Below are positions 18,071 to 26,649 of a stretch of 57,656 bases of DNA, one piece after another. The DNA is taken from positions 1 to 57,656 of the forward strand of contig DASXMQ010000091.1 in assembly GCA_036495625.1 (NCBI GenBank), read 5' to 3'. This DNA comes from Candidatus Binataceae bacterium (lineage in GTDB: Bacteria > Desulfobacterota > Binatia > Binatales > Binataceae). The number at the start of each line of letters is the position of its first letter. Within the stretch, counting starts at the first letter, position 1. The notes beneath the pieces are model-generated. The model was not told where the DNA came from. It did not search any database and was given only the letters and a program-made list of their open reading frames with translations. A program made the position numbers and the translations under genes.

Positions 18071-19933
18071 CTACGACAACTCTTCAACCGTCTTCTTTTC
18101 GAGCGCTTGAGCTATCGCATGATCCATTATTCTCTCGGCAAATGGCGTCGTGAGCTGATTAAGCTCTTCAACCAAAGCTGAAATATAAGCACGATCTGTG
18201 CCGTTTCTAGCTTCATCCAGCTTCGACGCACATTCCTCTACCTGCGCGCGCTCCTTGGCCTCAATCAGCGCCCGATATTCATCCAACTGCTTAGCCAGCG
18301 CGCCCAACAGTTGGGCAGCATCGTTGCGTGCGCTAATCAACATCCGTTGCTCGAGGTCCTGCTCACCCAGGTCGATCGATTCCTCAAGCATCCGTTCGAT
18401 TTCTTCGTCCGTCAGTCCATAGCTCGGCTTGACGTCAACCGAATGCTCGCGCCCGGTCCGCTGATCGCGCGCCGTCACGTTGAGAATGCCGTTGGCATCG
18501 ATAAGGAAGGTGACCTCTATGCGAGGCAGTCCCGCCGGCTGCGGCGCGATCGGTCCGAGCTTGAAACGCGCGAGCGAGCGGCAATCCGCAGCCAGCTCGC
18601 GCTCGCCCTGGACCACGTGGATATCGACGTGGGTCTGATTGTCGACCGCCGTCGTGAAGCCTTCGGTCACGCTGGTCGGGATGGTGGTGTTGCGATGGAC
18701 CAGGCGCTCCATCACGCCGCCTATGGTTTCGATCCCGAGCGAGAGCGGCACCACGTCGAGCAGCAGCACGTCGCTCCGCGAGCCCATCAGGACGCCCGCC
18801 TGCACCGCCGCTACCAGCGCGACGACGTGGTCGGGATCGAGCGAGCAGAGCGGCTCGCGGCCAAAGAGCTCCGCCACTCGCCGGCGCACGAGCGGCATCC
18901 GCGTCGATCCGCCGACCAGCACCACGGCGTCAACCTCGCCTGGCGCAAGCTGCGCATCCGCCAGCACCATCCGGCATCGCTCGAGCGAGCGGCGGACCAA
19001 CGCGTCGGCCATGCGCTCGAACTCGGCCCGGCTGACCGTCTTGTTCACCTGGCGACCGGGCAGCGCGAGCGTCATTGCGGCCTCGTCGTGATCGCTCAGC
19101 CGCTTTTTAGCGGCCTCGGCCGCAAGCCGCGCGCTATTCCACACGTGACGATCGAGCCTTTGTTCGGCCGGAAGATCGGCGAGCAGCAGATCGGTCAGCA
19201 ATCGATCGAAATCGTCGCCGCCGAGATGCGTATCGCCGTTGGTTGCGAGCACCTCGAAAATTCCGCCCTTGATATTGAGGATCGATATGTCGAAGGTTCC
19301 GCCGCCAAGGTCATAAACCGCGACTCGCCCCTCGGCCAACTGGTGCAGCCCGTAGGCGAGCGAAGCCGCGGTGGGTTCGTTGACCAGGCGCACCACCTCG
19401 AGTCCGGCAAGCCGGCCGGCGTCCTTGGCCGCCTGGCGCTGGCCGTCGTTGAAGTACGCCGGCACCGTCACCACCACGCGCTCGACCTTCTCGGCGAGGG
19501 CGGCTTCGGCGCGGGCCTTGAGCGCGCGCAGGATCTCTGCCGATATCTGCGGCGGCGTGAACGTGCGCTTGCCGATCGCGAAGCGCACCACCGGCCCGCT
19601 GAAATCGGCAAAGCTGTAGCGATGGCGGTCCTCGGCCGCAACTTCGTCGCCGCCGAGCCCCATGTAGCGCTTGACCGAGCGCACCACCGCGCCCGCCTCG
19701 CCGCCCTCGAAACCGATAGCGTGGATGCGGCCGTCGCGCTCGGCCGTGAGATGCGGCTCCATCGCGATCGCCTGCTCGCCCACGAAGACCTCGCCCCTCG
19801 GCGTGATCGCGACCACCGAAGGCAACAGCGGATTGGCCGCAGCGGGATCGGCAATGATCCGCGGATTCCCCTCTTCCATCAGCGCGATGAGGCTGTTGGT
19901 GGTGCCGAGGTCGATTCCAAAAATATGAGACAT
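18071..19933 (-). CDS. hscA: Fe-S cluster assembly Hsp70-type chaperone HscA
   Basis: [19 protein letters not shown], and full-length Hsp70 architecture. Sits in isc-operon context. Confidence 0.92.
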   Translation of the reverse strand: MSHIFGIDLGTTNSLIALMEEGNPRIIADPAAANPLLPSVVAITPRGEVFVGEQAIAMEPHLTAERDGRIHAIGFEGGEAGAVVRSVKRYMGLGGDEVAAEDRHRYSFADFSGPVVRFAIGKRTFTPPQISAEILRALKARAEAALAEKVERVVVTVPAYFNDGQRQAAKDAGRLAGLEVVRLVNEPTAASLAYGLHQLAEGRVAVYDLGGGTFDISILNIKGGIFEVLATNGDTHLGGDDFDRLLTDLLLADLPAEQRLDRHVWNSARLAAEAAKKRLSDHDEAAMTLALPGRQVNKTVSRAEFERMADALVRRSLERCRMVLADAQLAPGEVDAVVLVGGSTRMPLVRRRVAELFGREPLCSLDPDHVVALVAAVQAGVLMGSRSDVLLLDVVPLSLGIETIGGVMERLVHRNTTIPTSVTEGFTTAVDNQTHVDIHVVQGERELAADCRSLARFKLGPIAPQPAGLPRIEVTFLIDANGILNVTARDQRTGREHSVDVKPSYGLTDEEIERMLEESIDLGEQDLEQRMLISARNDAAQLLGALAKQLDEYRALIEAKERAQVEECASKLDEARNGTDRAYISALVEELNQLTTPFAERIMDHAIAQALEKKTVEELS

Positions 19934-19992
19934 TGTCGATACGGCGTCCGGCGCCGCGCGGGCCGGAACGCGATTTGTCTAAATTGCCTTCC

Positions 19993-20631
19993 TCAGTTGG
20001 CCGTTGCGCTTTCGAGCGCGCGGTCGACGTCGCGGGTAAGCGTCCGCAGATAGGCGATGGTGGATAGCACGGACTTCAATTCGTTGACCAGCTTCTGACG
20101 CTCCCCCGCTCCCTCGTCCCAGCGCGCAAAATTGCGCTCCAGCTCCTCCTGCGTCTTTGCGACCAATCTCTCAAGTTCGGCCCGCCGCGCTTTTACCGCG
20201 GCGTCGAGCGCGCCGGCGCTGCCGTTGCGCGCCCCTCTGAGCTCTCCCAGCTGCTCCTGCACCTCGAAGACCAGTTCCGCCAGTTCGGCCGGTACGCCCT
20301 TGTTGTTCTCGCCGAGCGTTTCGCCGTTTAGCTCGAGCCAGTAACGTCCCCGGCTCACCGGATCGCGCAGCGTGCGGTAGGCGCGGGTCAGCAACGCGGT
20401 GCTGGTCAGGCTCGCCTGCCTCACGGCGGGCGGCGCGTTCGCGAAGCGGTCGGGATGAATTCGCCGACCGCCCTCGTGATAGATGCTTTCCAGTTCGCGC
20501 GAATCGAGGACGAGCTTGCGCGGCAAGCCGAGCGCGGCGAAGAGATCGACCTCAGCGCCGAGCGGCGCCCCGCAATCGGGGCAGGTCAAGCGCGGCTCGC
20601 ATCGCCGCGCGCATGAAGGGCATTGCACCAT
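19993..20631 (-). CDS. hscB: J-type co-chaperone HscB with an N-terminal 4-Cys zinc-finger extension
   Basis: J-domain HPD (RRIHPDRF) plus a C-terminal helical domain. Preceded by CPSC-x10-CPDC. Confidence 0.8.
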   Translation of the reverse strand: MVQCPSCARRCEPRLTCPDCGAPLGAEVDLFAALGLPRKLVLDSRELESIYHEGGRRIHPDRFANAPPAVRQASLTSTALLTRAYRTLRDPVSRGRYWLELNGETLGENNKGVPAELAELVFEVQEQLGELRGARNGSAGALDAAVKARRAELERLVAKTQEELERNFARWDEGAGERQKLVNELKSVLSTIAYLRTLTRDVDRALESATAN

Positions 20632-20655
20632 CGCTACGCCTTGATCCCCGCGTCG

Positions 20656-20970
20656 TCATACGACGAACGACTCTCCGCATCCACAGGTCCGCTTGGCGTT
20701 GGGGTTGACCACCTTGAAGCCCGAGGCCATCAGCTCCTCGGAGTAGTCGAGTTCCGAACCGTTGAGGTAAAGGAAGCTCTTCTTGTCCACGATAAGTTGT
20801 GCGCCGTCGCGCTCGAAGATCTTGTCGCGCTCCCTGGGATCGTCGAGCTCCATCCGGTACTGCAGGCCCGAGCATCCGCCGCCCACCACTTTCACCCGCA
20901 GGCCCTTGCCCGGCTTGTCGGACGAGAGCTGCTTGATCTTGGAGACCGCGCTTTCAGAGAGCGAAATCAT
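20656..20970 (-). CDS. iscA: A-type Fe-S carrier IscA/HesB family
   Basis: 104 aa with GGGCSG...CGCGESF (three-Cys signature). Confidence 0.9.
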   Translation of the reverse strand: MISLSESAVSKIKQLSSDKPGKGLRVKVVGGGCSGLQYRMELDDPRERDKIFERDGAQLIVDKKSFLYLNGSELDYSEELMASGFKVVNPNAKRTCGCGESFVV

Positions 20971-21003
20971 TTTCCCTTTCGACCGCCCCGCCCCGCCCGC
21001 TCG

Positions 21004-21435
21004 CTAGGAGGATTTCCCCTCTGCGGATTCCCGCTCGGTCTCGCCGGCCGCATCCGCGCCCTTGCGATTGCGCCAGTCGGTGATCGCCGCCTTTATAGCA
21101 TCTTCGGCCAGCACCGAGCAGTGAATTTTGACCGGCGGCAGGTTCAGTTCCTTCACGATCACGGTGTTCTTGATGGCCATCGCTTCGTCGATATGCTTGC
21201 CCTTGACCAGCTCGGTCACATAGCTCGACGAGGCGATCGCGCTGCCGCAACCGAAGGTCTTGAAGCGCGCATCCTCGATCACGCCGCTATCGCTGATGCG
21301 CAGTTGCAGCTTCATCACGTCGCCGCATTCAGGCGCGCCGACCACGCCGGTGCCGACGCCCGGATCGTCCTTGGCGAAGCTGCCGACATTGCGCGGATTG
21401 TTGTAATGCTCGAGAACCTTATCTGAATAAGCCAT
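21004..21435 (-). CDS. iscU: Fe-S scaffold IscU
   Basis: GAPECGDVMKL, FGCGSAIASS and LPPVKIHCSVLA (the three Cys plus the LPPVK HscA-binding motif). Confidence 0.93.
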   Translation of the reverse strand: MAYSDKVLEHYNNPRNVGSFAKDDPGVGTGVVGAPECGDVMKLQLRISDSGVIEDARFKTFGCGSAIASSSYVTELVKGKHIDEAMAIKNTVIVKELNLPPVKIHCSVLAEDAIKAAITDWRNRKGADAAGETERESAEGKSS

Positions 21436-21470
21436 GACCCCTCCGGCCGCTTAGCTTTTCGGTTGCGAAT

Positions 21471-21962
21471 TTACGCCCGCCAGTTGACGGACTTGAGATC
21501 GATTCCCTCACGCGCCATCTCGTACAGCGGCGACATCTCGCGCAGCCGCTTGACCTCGCGCGAGACCTTCTCGGTCACGAAGTCCACCTCTTCCTCGGTG
21601 TTGAAGCGCCCCACTCCGAAACGGATCGAACTGTGCGCCAGCTCCTCGTTGATGCCGAGCGCGCGAATCACGTACGACGGCTCGAGCGTGGCCGAAGTGC
21701 AGGCCGAGCCCGAGCTCACTGCGACGTCGCTGATTCCCATCAGCAGCGACTCGCCTTCGACGTAGGCGAAGCTGACGTTGAGATTGCCGGGCAGACGCTC
21801 GGTCGGATGACCGTTCAGATAGATCTCGTCGAGGCGCTCGAAGAGCCCGGCCTGCAGCTTGTCACGCAGCGAGCGCAGCCGCGCCGCCTCCTCCTGCATC
21901 TCCGCTCGCGCGATCTCACACGCCGCGCCGAAGCCCACGATTCCCGGCACGTTGAGCGTGCC
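21471..21962 (-). CDS. iscS: cysteine desulfurase IscS, C-terminal part, in frame behind an internal TAG
   Basis: [18 protein letters not shown]...[24 protein letters not shown]...[18 protein letters not shown] includes the catalytic-Cys loop. Same frame as the N-terminal part. Confidence 0.85.
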   Translation of the reverse strand, partial: GTLNVPGIVGFGAACEIARAEMQEEAARLRSLRDKLQAGLFERLDEIYLNGHPTERLPGNLNVSFAYVEGESLLMGISDVAVSSGSACTSATLEPSYVIRALGINEELAHSSIRFGVGRFNTEEEVDFVTEKVSREVKRLREMSPLYEMAREGIDLKSVNWRA

Positions 21963-22688
21963 CTAGCGCATCCCGCGCTCATGGCCGCCGCCGTCGATAA
22001 TCGGGGTCAGGCGCACGCGCGGCCCCTTGGCGCGCACATAGAGCGCGCCCACGCCCTTGGGCCCGTAAAGCTTATGCCCTGACATCGCGAGCAGGTCGAT
22101 ACCGTCGCGCTCGACGTCGACCGCAATCTTGCCGATTGCCTGTACCCCGTCGCAGTGAAAGATCACGCCGCGCTCTTTGGCGAGCCGGCCGATTTCGCGA
22201 ATCGGATGGATCGTTCCGATCTCGTTGTTGGCGTACATAATCGAGATCAGCACCGTCTTGTCGGTGATCGCCTTGCGCACGGCGTCGGGATCGACCATCC
22301 CGTATTTGTCCACGGCAAGGTAAGTCACCGTCGCCTTGCCCGCGCGTTCCAGCGCGCGGCAGCTGTCGAGCACCGCCTTGTGCTCGGTCACGCAGGTGAT
22401 AATGTGGTTGCCCTTGTCCTTGTAGAACTCGAGCACCCCTTTGATCGCTTCGTTGTCGGACTCGGTCGCTCCGCTGGTGAAGATGATTTCCTTCGATTTC
22501 GCATTGACCAGCGCGGCGATCTGATTGCGCGCCTTGTCGACCGCTTCCTCGGCTTCCCAGCCGAAGCTGTGATTGCGGCTCGCGGCGTTGCCGAACTTCT
22601 CTCCGAAGTACGGCAGCATCGCATCGAGCACGCGCGGATCGACCGGCGTCGTCGCGTGATTGTCCATATAGATCGGCAACTTCAACAT
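21963..22688 (-). CDS. iscS: cysteine desulfurase IscS, N-terminal part, terminated by TAG at 21963-21965
   Basis: [20 protein letters not shown]...[10 protein letters not shown]...[10 protein letters not shown] (PLP Lys)...GGGHERGMR*. Near-identical blocks to E. coli IscS. Confidence 0.9.
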   Translation of the reverse strand: MLKLPIYMDNHATTPVDPRVLDAMLPYFGEKFGNAASRNHSFGWEAEEAVDKARNQIAALVNAKSKEIIFTSGATESDNEAIKGVLEFYKDKGNHIITCVTEHKAVLDSCRALERAGKATVTYLAVDKYGMVDPDAVRKAITDKTVLISIMYANNEIGTIHPIREIGRLAKERGVIFHCDGVQAIGKIAVDVERDGIDLLAMSGHKLYGPKGVGALYVRAKGPRVRLTPIIDGGGHERGMR

Positions 22689-22777
22689 CGATTACGAACC
22701 CTCTCGCCCCGAACCCTCTCGGACGCAATAGGCGGCCCACCCATCCCAAAAGCAGCGCCGCAATAGGGCCGCTCGCA

Positions 22778-22802
22778 TTAGTGGACTTACAAGGTCGAGT
22801 AT
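22778..22802. promoter_or_regulatory. candidate Rrf2/IscR type-1-like operator upstream of iscS
   Basis: TTAGTGGACTTACAAGGTCGAGTAT compared with the remembered type-1 consensus ATASYYGACTRWWWYAGTCRRSTAT. It has GACT-N5-GGTC-GAGTAT with the correct spacing and roughly 18/25 matches. Lies 90-115 nt upstream of the iscS ATG. Confidence 0.35.
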
Positions 22803-23217
22803 AAGGTCTAACCCGCCGGGATGTCAAATGAACTATAAGCACCGCGCCCATCCGGTGGCGCGCGTTATAAGCCAGAGCGCCAGGAGCCATCCGGTCTATC
22901 GGTGGTCGCGGAGAAGGCACCGACGGGTCAGGAGAACACAGGGCCCGAGGCGCCTGGAGGCATCGAGCTCATGCGGATCGACACCTGGTGGGCAACGCGA
23001 TCACGGGTACAACTTTCGCATATTGTGTGCCCGCATCCAGTTCAATTTGCATGGATCGAGGGCTTTTTTAAACATGACGATATGATTTATTGTAATATTG
23101 TTATCGCACGGTATTTTTGCAGTTAATCTTACTTTCTTGCTGCTCAATTTTGACAGGCGCAGCCACAAGGGCTAAAACCGAGCCCACAACAGATCAGGAC
23201 CGAAAATCGCCTCCGCA

Positions 23218-25014
23218 ATGTCCGAAATCCCAATGACACACGCAAATCCTAAAGAGAGCGCCAACGCGAACCCTTTTCTCTCCACGTGGGTGGACGAGAT
23301 GGCTCGCCTGACCAGGCCCGACCGCATCCACTGGTGCGACGGCAGCGAGCCCGAGCGCCAGGCCCTGTATAAGGACGCCGTCGCCTCCCGCGTTCTGATT
23401 CCGCTCAACCCCAAGAAGCGCCCGGGTTGCTATCTGCATCGCTCCAACCCCAACGACGTCGCCCGCTCTGAGGACCTCACCTTCATATGCACGCGCGATC
23501 GGGACGACGCGGGTCCGACCAACAACTGGATGCCGCCCAACGAAACTTACGAGCGGATGCGGGGATGGTACGACGGCGCGATGCGCGGGCGCACGATGTA
23601 CGTCGTGCCGTACGTAATGGGGCCGCTTGATTCGCCGTTCGCGCGAATCGGCGTCGAGCTGACCGACAGCGTTTACGTCGCGCTCAACATGGGATGGATG
23701 ACGCGGATGGGCGCCGCTGCACTCGATATGCTGGGGGCTTCGGGCGACTTCAACCGCGGACTTCATTCGACGCTCGATTGCGATCCGAAGCGACGCCTGG
23801 TGTGCCACTTCCCCGAAGACAACACGATCTGGTCGGCGGGCAGCGGCTACGGCGGCAATGCGCTCCTGAGCAAGAAGTGCTTCGCGCTGCGCATCGCGAG
23901 CTGGCTTGGGCGAACCGACGGCTGGCTCGCGGAGCACATGCTGATCCTCGGCCTGCAAAGCCCCGAGGGCGAAACCTCCTATATCGCGGCGGCATTTCCG
24001 AGCGCCTGCGGCAAGACCAACCTCTCGATGCTGACGCCGCCGCCGGCCTTCCGCGGATGGCGCGTGACCACCGTCGGCGACGACATCGCGTGGATGCAGA
24101 TCGGCGCGGACGGCCGCCTGTGGGCGGTGAATCCCGAGGCCGGATACTTCGGCGTCGCGCCCGGAACCAACGCGCACTCAAATCCCAACGCAATGAAGAT
24201 GGTCGGGCACAACACCATCTTCACCAACGTCGCGATGACGCCCGACGGCGACGTCTGGTGGGAGGGCATAGGCACCGAACCTCCCGAGGGCTTGGTCGAC
24301 TGGCAGGGAAACCCGTGGCGCAAGGACTCGGGCAAGCCCGCGGCGCATCCCAATAGCCGCTTCACCACGCCGATGCACAACAATCCCGCGCTCTCCCCGC
24401 AGGCCGATTCGCCGCAGGGCGTGCCAATCTCCGCGATCGTGTTTGGCGGCCGGCGCGCTTCGACCGTGCCGCTCGTGCTCGAGTCCTTCGATTGGAACCA
24501 TGGTGTTTACCTGGGCGCGACGATGGGCTCGGAGACTACGGCGGCGGCCACCGGCAAGGTCGGCGTCGTGCGGCGCGACCCGATGGCGATGCTGCCGTTC
24601 TGCGGCTACAACATGGGCAAGTATTTCGGCCATTGGCTGGAGATCCGCAATCGCCTCAAGAACCCGCCCAAGGTTTTCATGGTCAACTGGTTTCGCAAGG
24701 ACAGCGAGGGCCATTTCCTGTGGCCCGGCTATGGCGAAAACATCCGCGTGCTCAAGTGGATTGTGGAGCGGGTGGCCGGCCGCGCCGCGGCCGAGCGCTC
24801 GCCGGTGGGGATGCGGCCCGCGGAGGGCGCGCTCGATCTGACGGGTCTCGAGATCGCCGGCGAATCGCTGAAGCAAGCGATGGCGGTCAGTCCCGAGGAT
24901 TGGGCGGTCGAACTGGATTCGCAGGAAGAGTTCTTCAAGAAGTTGGGCCCCAGCGTGCCCGAGAAGATTACCGAGCAGCGCAAGACACTGCGCGCTTCGC
25001 TCGCGGCCGGCTGA
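23218..25014 (+). CDS. pckG: phosphoenolpyruvate carboxykinase (GTP)
   Basis: 598 aa with FPSACGKTN kinase-1a motif, WMxxxxDGxxWAVNPE and the typical GTP-PEPCK C-terminus. Confidence 0.95.
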   Translation: MSEIPMTHANPKESANANPFLSTWVDEMARLTRPDRIHWCDGSEPERQALYKDAVASRVLIPLNPKKRPGCYLHRSNPNDVARSEDLTFICTRDRDDAGPTNNWMPPNETYERMRGWYDGAMRGRTMYVVPYVMGPLDSPFARIGVELTDSVYVALNMGWMTRMGAAALDMLGASGDFNRGLHSTLDCDPKRRLVCHFPEDNTIWSAGSGYGGNALLSKKCFALRIASWLGRTDGWLAEHMLILGLQSPEGETSYIAAAFPSACGKTNLSMLTPPPAFRGWRVTTVGDDIAWMQIGADGRLWAVNPEAGYFGVAPGTNAHSNPNAMKMVGHNTIFTNVAMTPDGDVWWEGIGTEPPEGLVDWQGNPWRKDSGKPAAHPNSRFTTPMHNNPALSPQADSPQGVPISAIVFGGRRASTVPLVLESFDWNHGVYLGATMGSETTAAATGKVGVVRRDPMAMLPFCGYNMGKYFGHWLEIRNRLKNPPKVFMVNWFRKDSEGHFLWPGYGENIRVLKWIVERVAGRAAAERSPVGMRPAEGALDLTGLEIAGESLKQAMAVSPEDWAVELDSQEEFFKKLGPSVPEKITEQRKTLRASLAAG

Positions 25015-25050
25015 TTCACCCTCGCGCCGCGGCCGCCCTCGGCGCTCTCC

Positions 25051-25140
25051 AATTTTCCGGCGGCGGCTGATTTTCCCGCGGCGAACCGCCGTCGAAAATC
25101 ACCGGCCGTCGAAAATCACCGGAAGACGAAAAATCACCAG
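25051..25140. repeat. cluster of five GAAAATC/GATTTTC-core motifs: two in one orientation, then three direct copies in the other
   Basis: AATTTTCCGG (25051-25060) and GATTTTCCCG (25069-25078), then CCGTCGAAAATCACCGG twice exactly (25089-25105, 25106-25122) and a degenerate AAGACGAAAAATCACCAG (25123-25140). Confidence 0.7.
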
Positions 25141-25171
25141 ATGACGGCGGCGCGCGCCGCGCGCCGCATCC

Positions 25172-25504
25172 TCAGGCAGAGACCGGGCCCGGATGCTCGC
25201 GGTCGAAGCGCACCACGAGGGGCTTGCGCTCGGCGCGCAGCGACTTCAGCGCGGCCTCGCGCGTCTGCTCGAACTCGCGCTCAAACCAGGGTGCCAGCCG
25301 CGAGAGCAGCGCTTCGGCGCTTGAGTCCCCGGCGTCTCCGAAATCGCCGGCCGCGCCGGCTATCGCGCGCGCGACCGCGCAGAGAAAGCCGACCCGCTCG
25401 AGTCCGTCGGCCCGTTCGAACGCGAGCGTCAGCGTTACCTCGTCCGCGCCAAGCGCGGCCGGCGCGGCGAGGCGCAGCCGGTAGAGTCCCCGCCCGGTCT
25501 TTAT
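25172..25504 (-). CDS. protein-like ~110-codon reading frame lacking any ATG/GTG/TTG start (hypothetical)
   Basis: Hand translation: (I)KTGRGLYRLRLAAPAALGADEVTLTLAFERADGLERVGFLCAVARAIAGAAGDFGDAGDSSAEALLSRLAPWFEREFEQTREAALKSLRAERKPLVVRFDREHPGPVSA*. Third-position G+C is high. The opposite-strand ORF (25141..25524) is Arg-rich junk. Confidence 0.4.
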   Translation of the reverse strand: MKTGRGLYRLRLAAPAALGADEVTLTLAFERADGLERVGFLCAVARAIAGAAGDFGDAGDSSAEALLSRLAPWFEREFEQTREAALKSLRAERKPLVVRFDREHPGPVSA

Positions 25505-25527
25505 TTCATGCTGCGAAGACGTGAAGC

Positions 25528-26472
25528 TTACGCCGCGCGCGTGACCGCGCCGCGGCCCCTGCCGCTGCCGCCCTTGCCTTCCCAGAACAGCACCACCGGG
25601 CCGGCGATATAGATCGACGAATAGGTCCCGGTGATGAAGCCGACCAGCAGGGTGAAGGCCGGGGGCCGCAGGATCGGGCCGCCGAGCGTGAGCAGCGCGA
25701 TCAGCACGGCGATCGCGGTGCCCGAGGTCAGGATAGTGCGTGAGAGCGTCTCGTTGATCGCGCGGTTCATGATCGCGGCGATCGGCTCGCGCCGGCGCTT
25801 GGTTGCATCCTCGCGGATCCGATCCGACACGATGATGGTGTCGTGCACCGAGTAGCCGATGACCGTCAGCAGCGCGGCAAGCGTCGTCAGATCGAATTCC
25901 AGGCGCGAGATGACCAGCGCGCCGACCACCACCAGCACGTCATGCACCAGCGCGATGACCGCTCCGGCGCCGAAGCTCCAGCTCACGCCGCGGAACTGCC
26001 ACGCGATGAAGGTGCCCATGAAGATGGTCGCGAAGATCACCGCCATGAAGCCGTTGCGGCGCAGATCGCGGCCGACCTTGGCGCCCACCGATTCGACCCG
26101 CAACACCTGCACGGCGCCCGGCCCGTACGATTTGTCGAGCTGCGCTTCGAGCTTCTTGCCCAGGCTGCCGACGTTTTTCACCTTCTCGAAGCGGACCAGG
26201 TACTGATGGCGGGCGGCGGCGCCGAAGTCCTGCACCGTCACCTCGCCAAGCCCCATCGGCTCGAGGGCGCTGCGAATATGTCCGCCGTCGGTCGCGCTCT
26301 TGAATTGCAGCTGGACCACGCTGCCGCCGACGAAGTCGACACCGTAGTTGAGCCCGACGGTTATTAGCAAAACGATGGAGGCGAGGTTGATGACGGTCGA
26401 GAGCGCGACGAAAAAGTAGCGCTTGCCGACGAAATCGAGATCAATGTCGGGGCGAATTATCTGAAAGGACAT
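25528..26472 (-). CDS. secF: protein translocase subunit SecF
   Basis: Start moved to ATG 26472 (MSFQIIRPDIDLDFVGKRYFF). Contains LNYGVDFVGG and a six-TM SecF layout, 314 aa. Confidence 0.88.
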   Translation of the reverse strand: MSFQIIRPDIDLDFVGKRYFFVALSTVINLASIVLLITVGLNYGVDFVGGSVVQLQFKSATDGGHIRSALEPMGLGEVTVQDFGAAARHQYLVRFEKVKNVGSLGKKLEAQLDKSYGPGAVQVLRVESVGAKVGRDLRRNGFMAVIFATIFMGTFIAWQFRGVSWSFGAGAVIALVHDVLVVVGALVISRLEFDLTTLAALLTVIGYSVHDTIIVSDRIREDATKRRREPIAAIMNRAINETLSRTILTSGTAIAVLIALLTLGGPILRPPAFTLLVGFITGTYSSIYIAGPVVLFWEGKGGSGRGRGAVTRAA

Positions 26473-26649
26473 CGGTCCTGCGTGGCTCCTCCGCCGCTTC
26501 GCGCCGCGCGCGTCCGGCGCCGGTGGAACAGCGAAACCCTTAATCGTTTGATCCCAGTAATAAAAGCACAGCCGAGCCCACCGCGCCATCGCGCCGGACG
26601 GCCGCGGTACCTTTCAAAATGTCGGAAATCTATGCCCGGTTTCCGCTGC

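Noticed and set aside
18311-20053. 580-aa plus-strand ORF
   Set aside because: It is antisense to the unambiguous Hsp70-type hscA. It is Arg/His/Ala-rich, a typical shadow ORF in high-GC DNA.
21963-21965. TAG in iscS as evidence of amber reassignment or pyrrolysine
   Set aside because: TAG terminates several well-defined neighbouring genes at their expected ends, and no pyl genes are in the window. Reassignment is not supported.
22828-23085. 85-aa plus ORF in the iscS-pckG spacer
   Set aside because: It is basic Arg/His/Ser-rich with no SD, and it crosses into the AT-rich promoter-like core. More likely non-coding.
23194-24177. 327-aa minus-strand ORF
   Set aside because: It is antisense to pckG, which has the FPSACGKTN motif and full-length GTP-PEPCK similarity.
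25141-25524. 127-aa plus-strand ORF
   Set aside because: About one third of its residues are Arg, and it is the mirror image of the far more protein-like minus frame described in findings.
26473-26589. 39-codon N-terminal extension of secF in the ORF track
   Set aside because: It is not SecF-like. The canonical SecF opening (MSFQIIRPDIDLDF) starts at ATG 26472.
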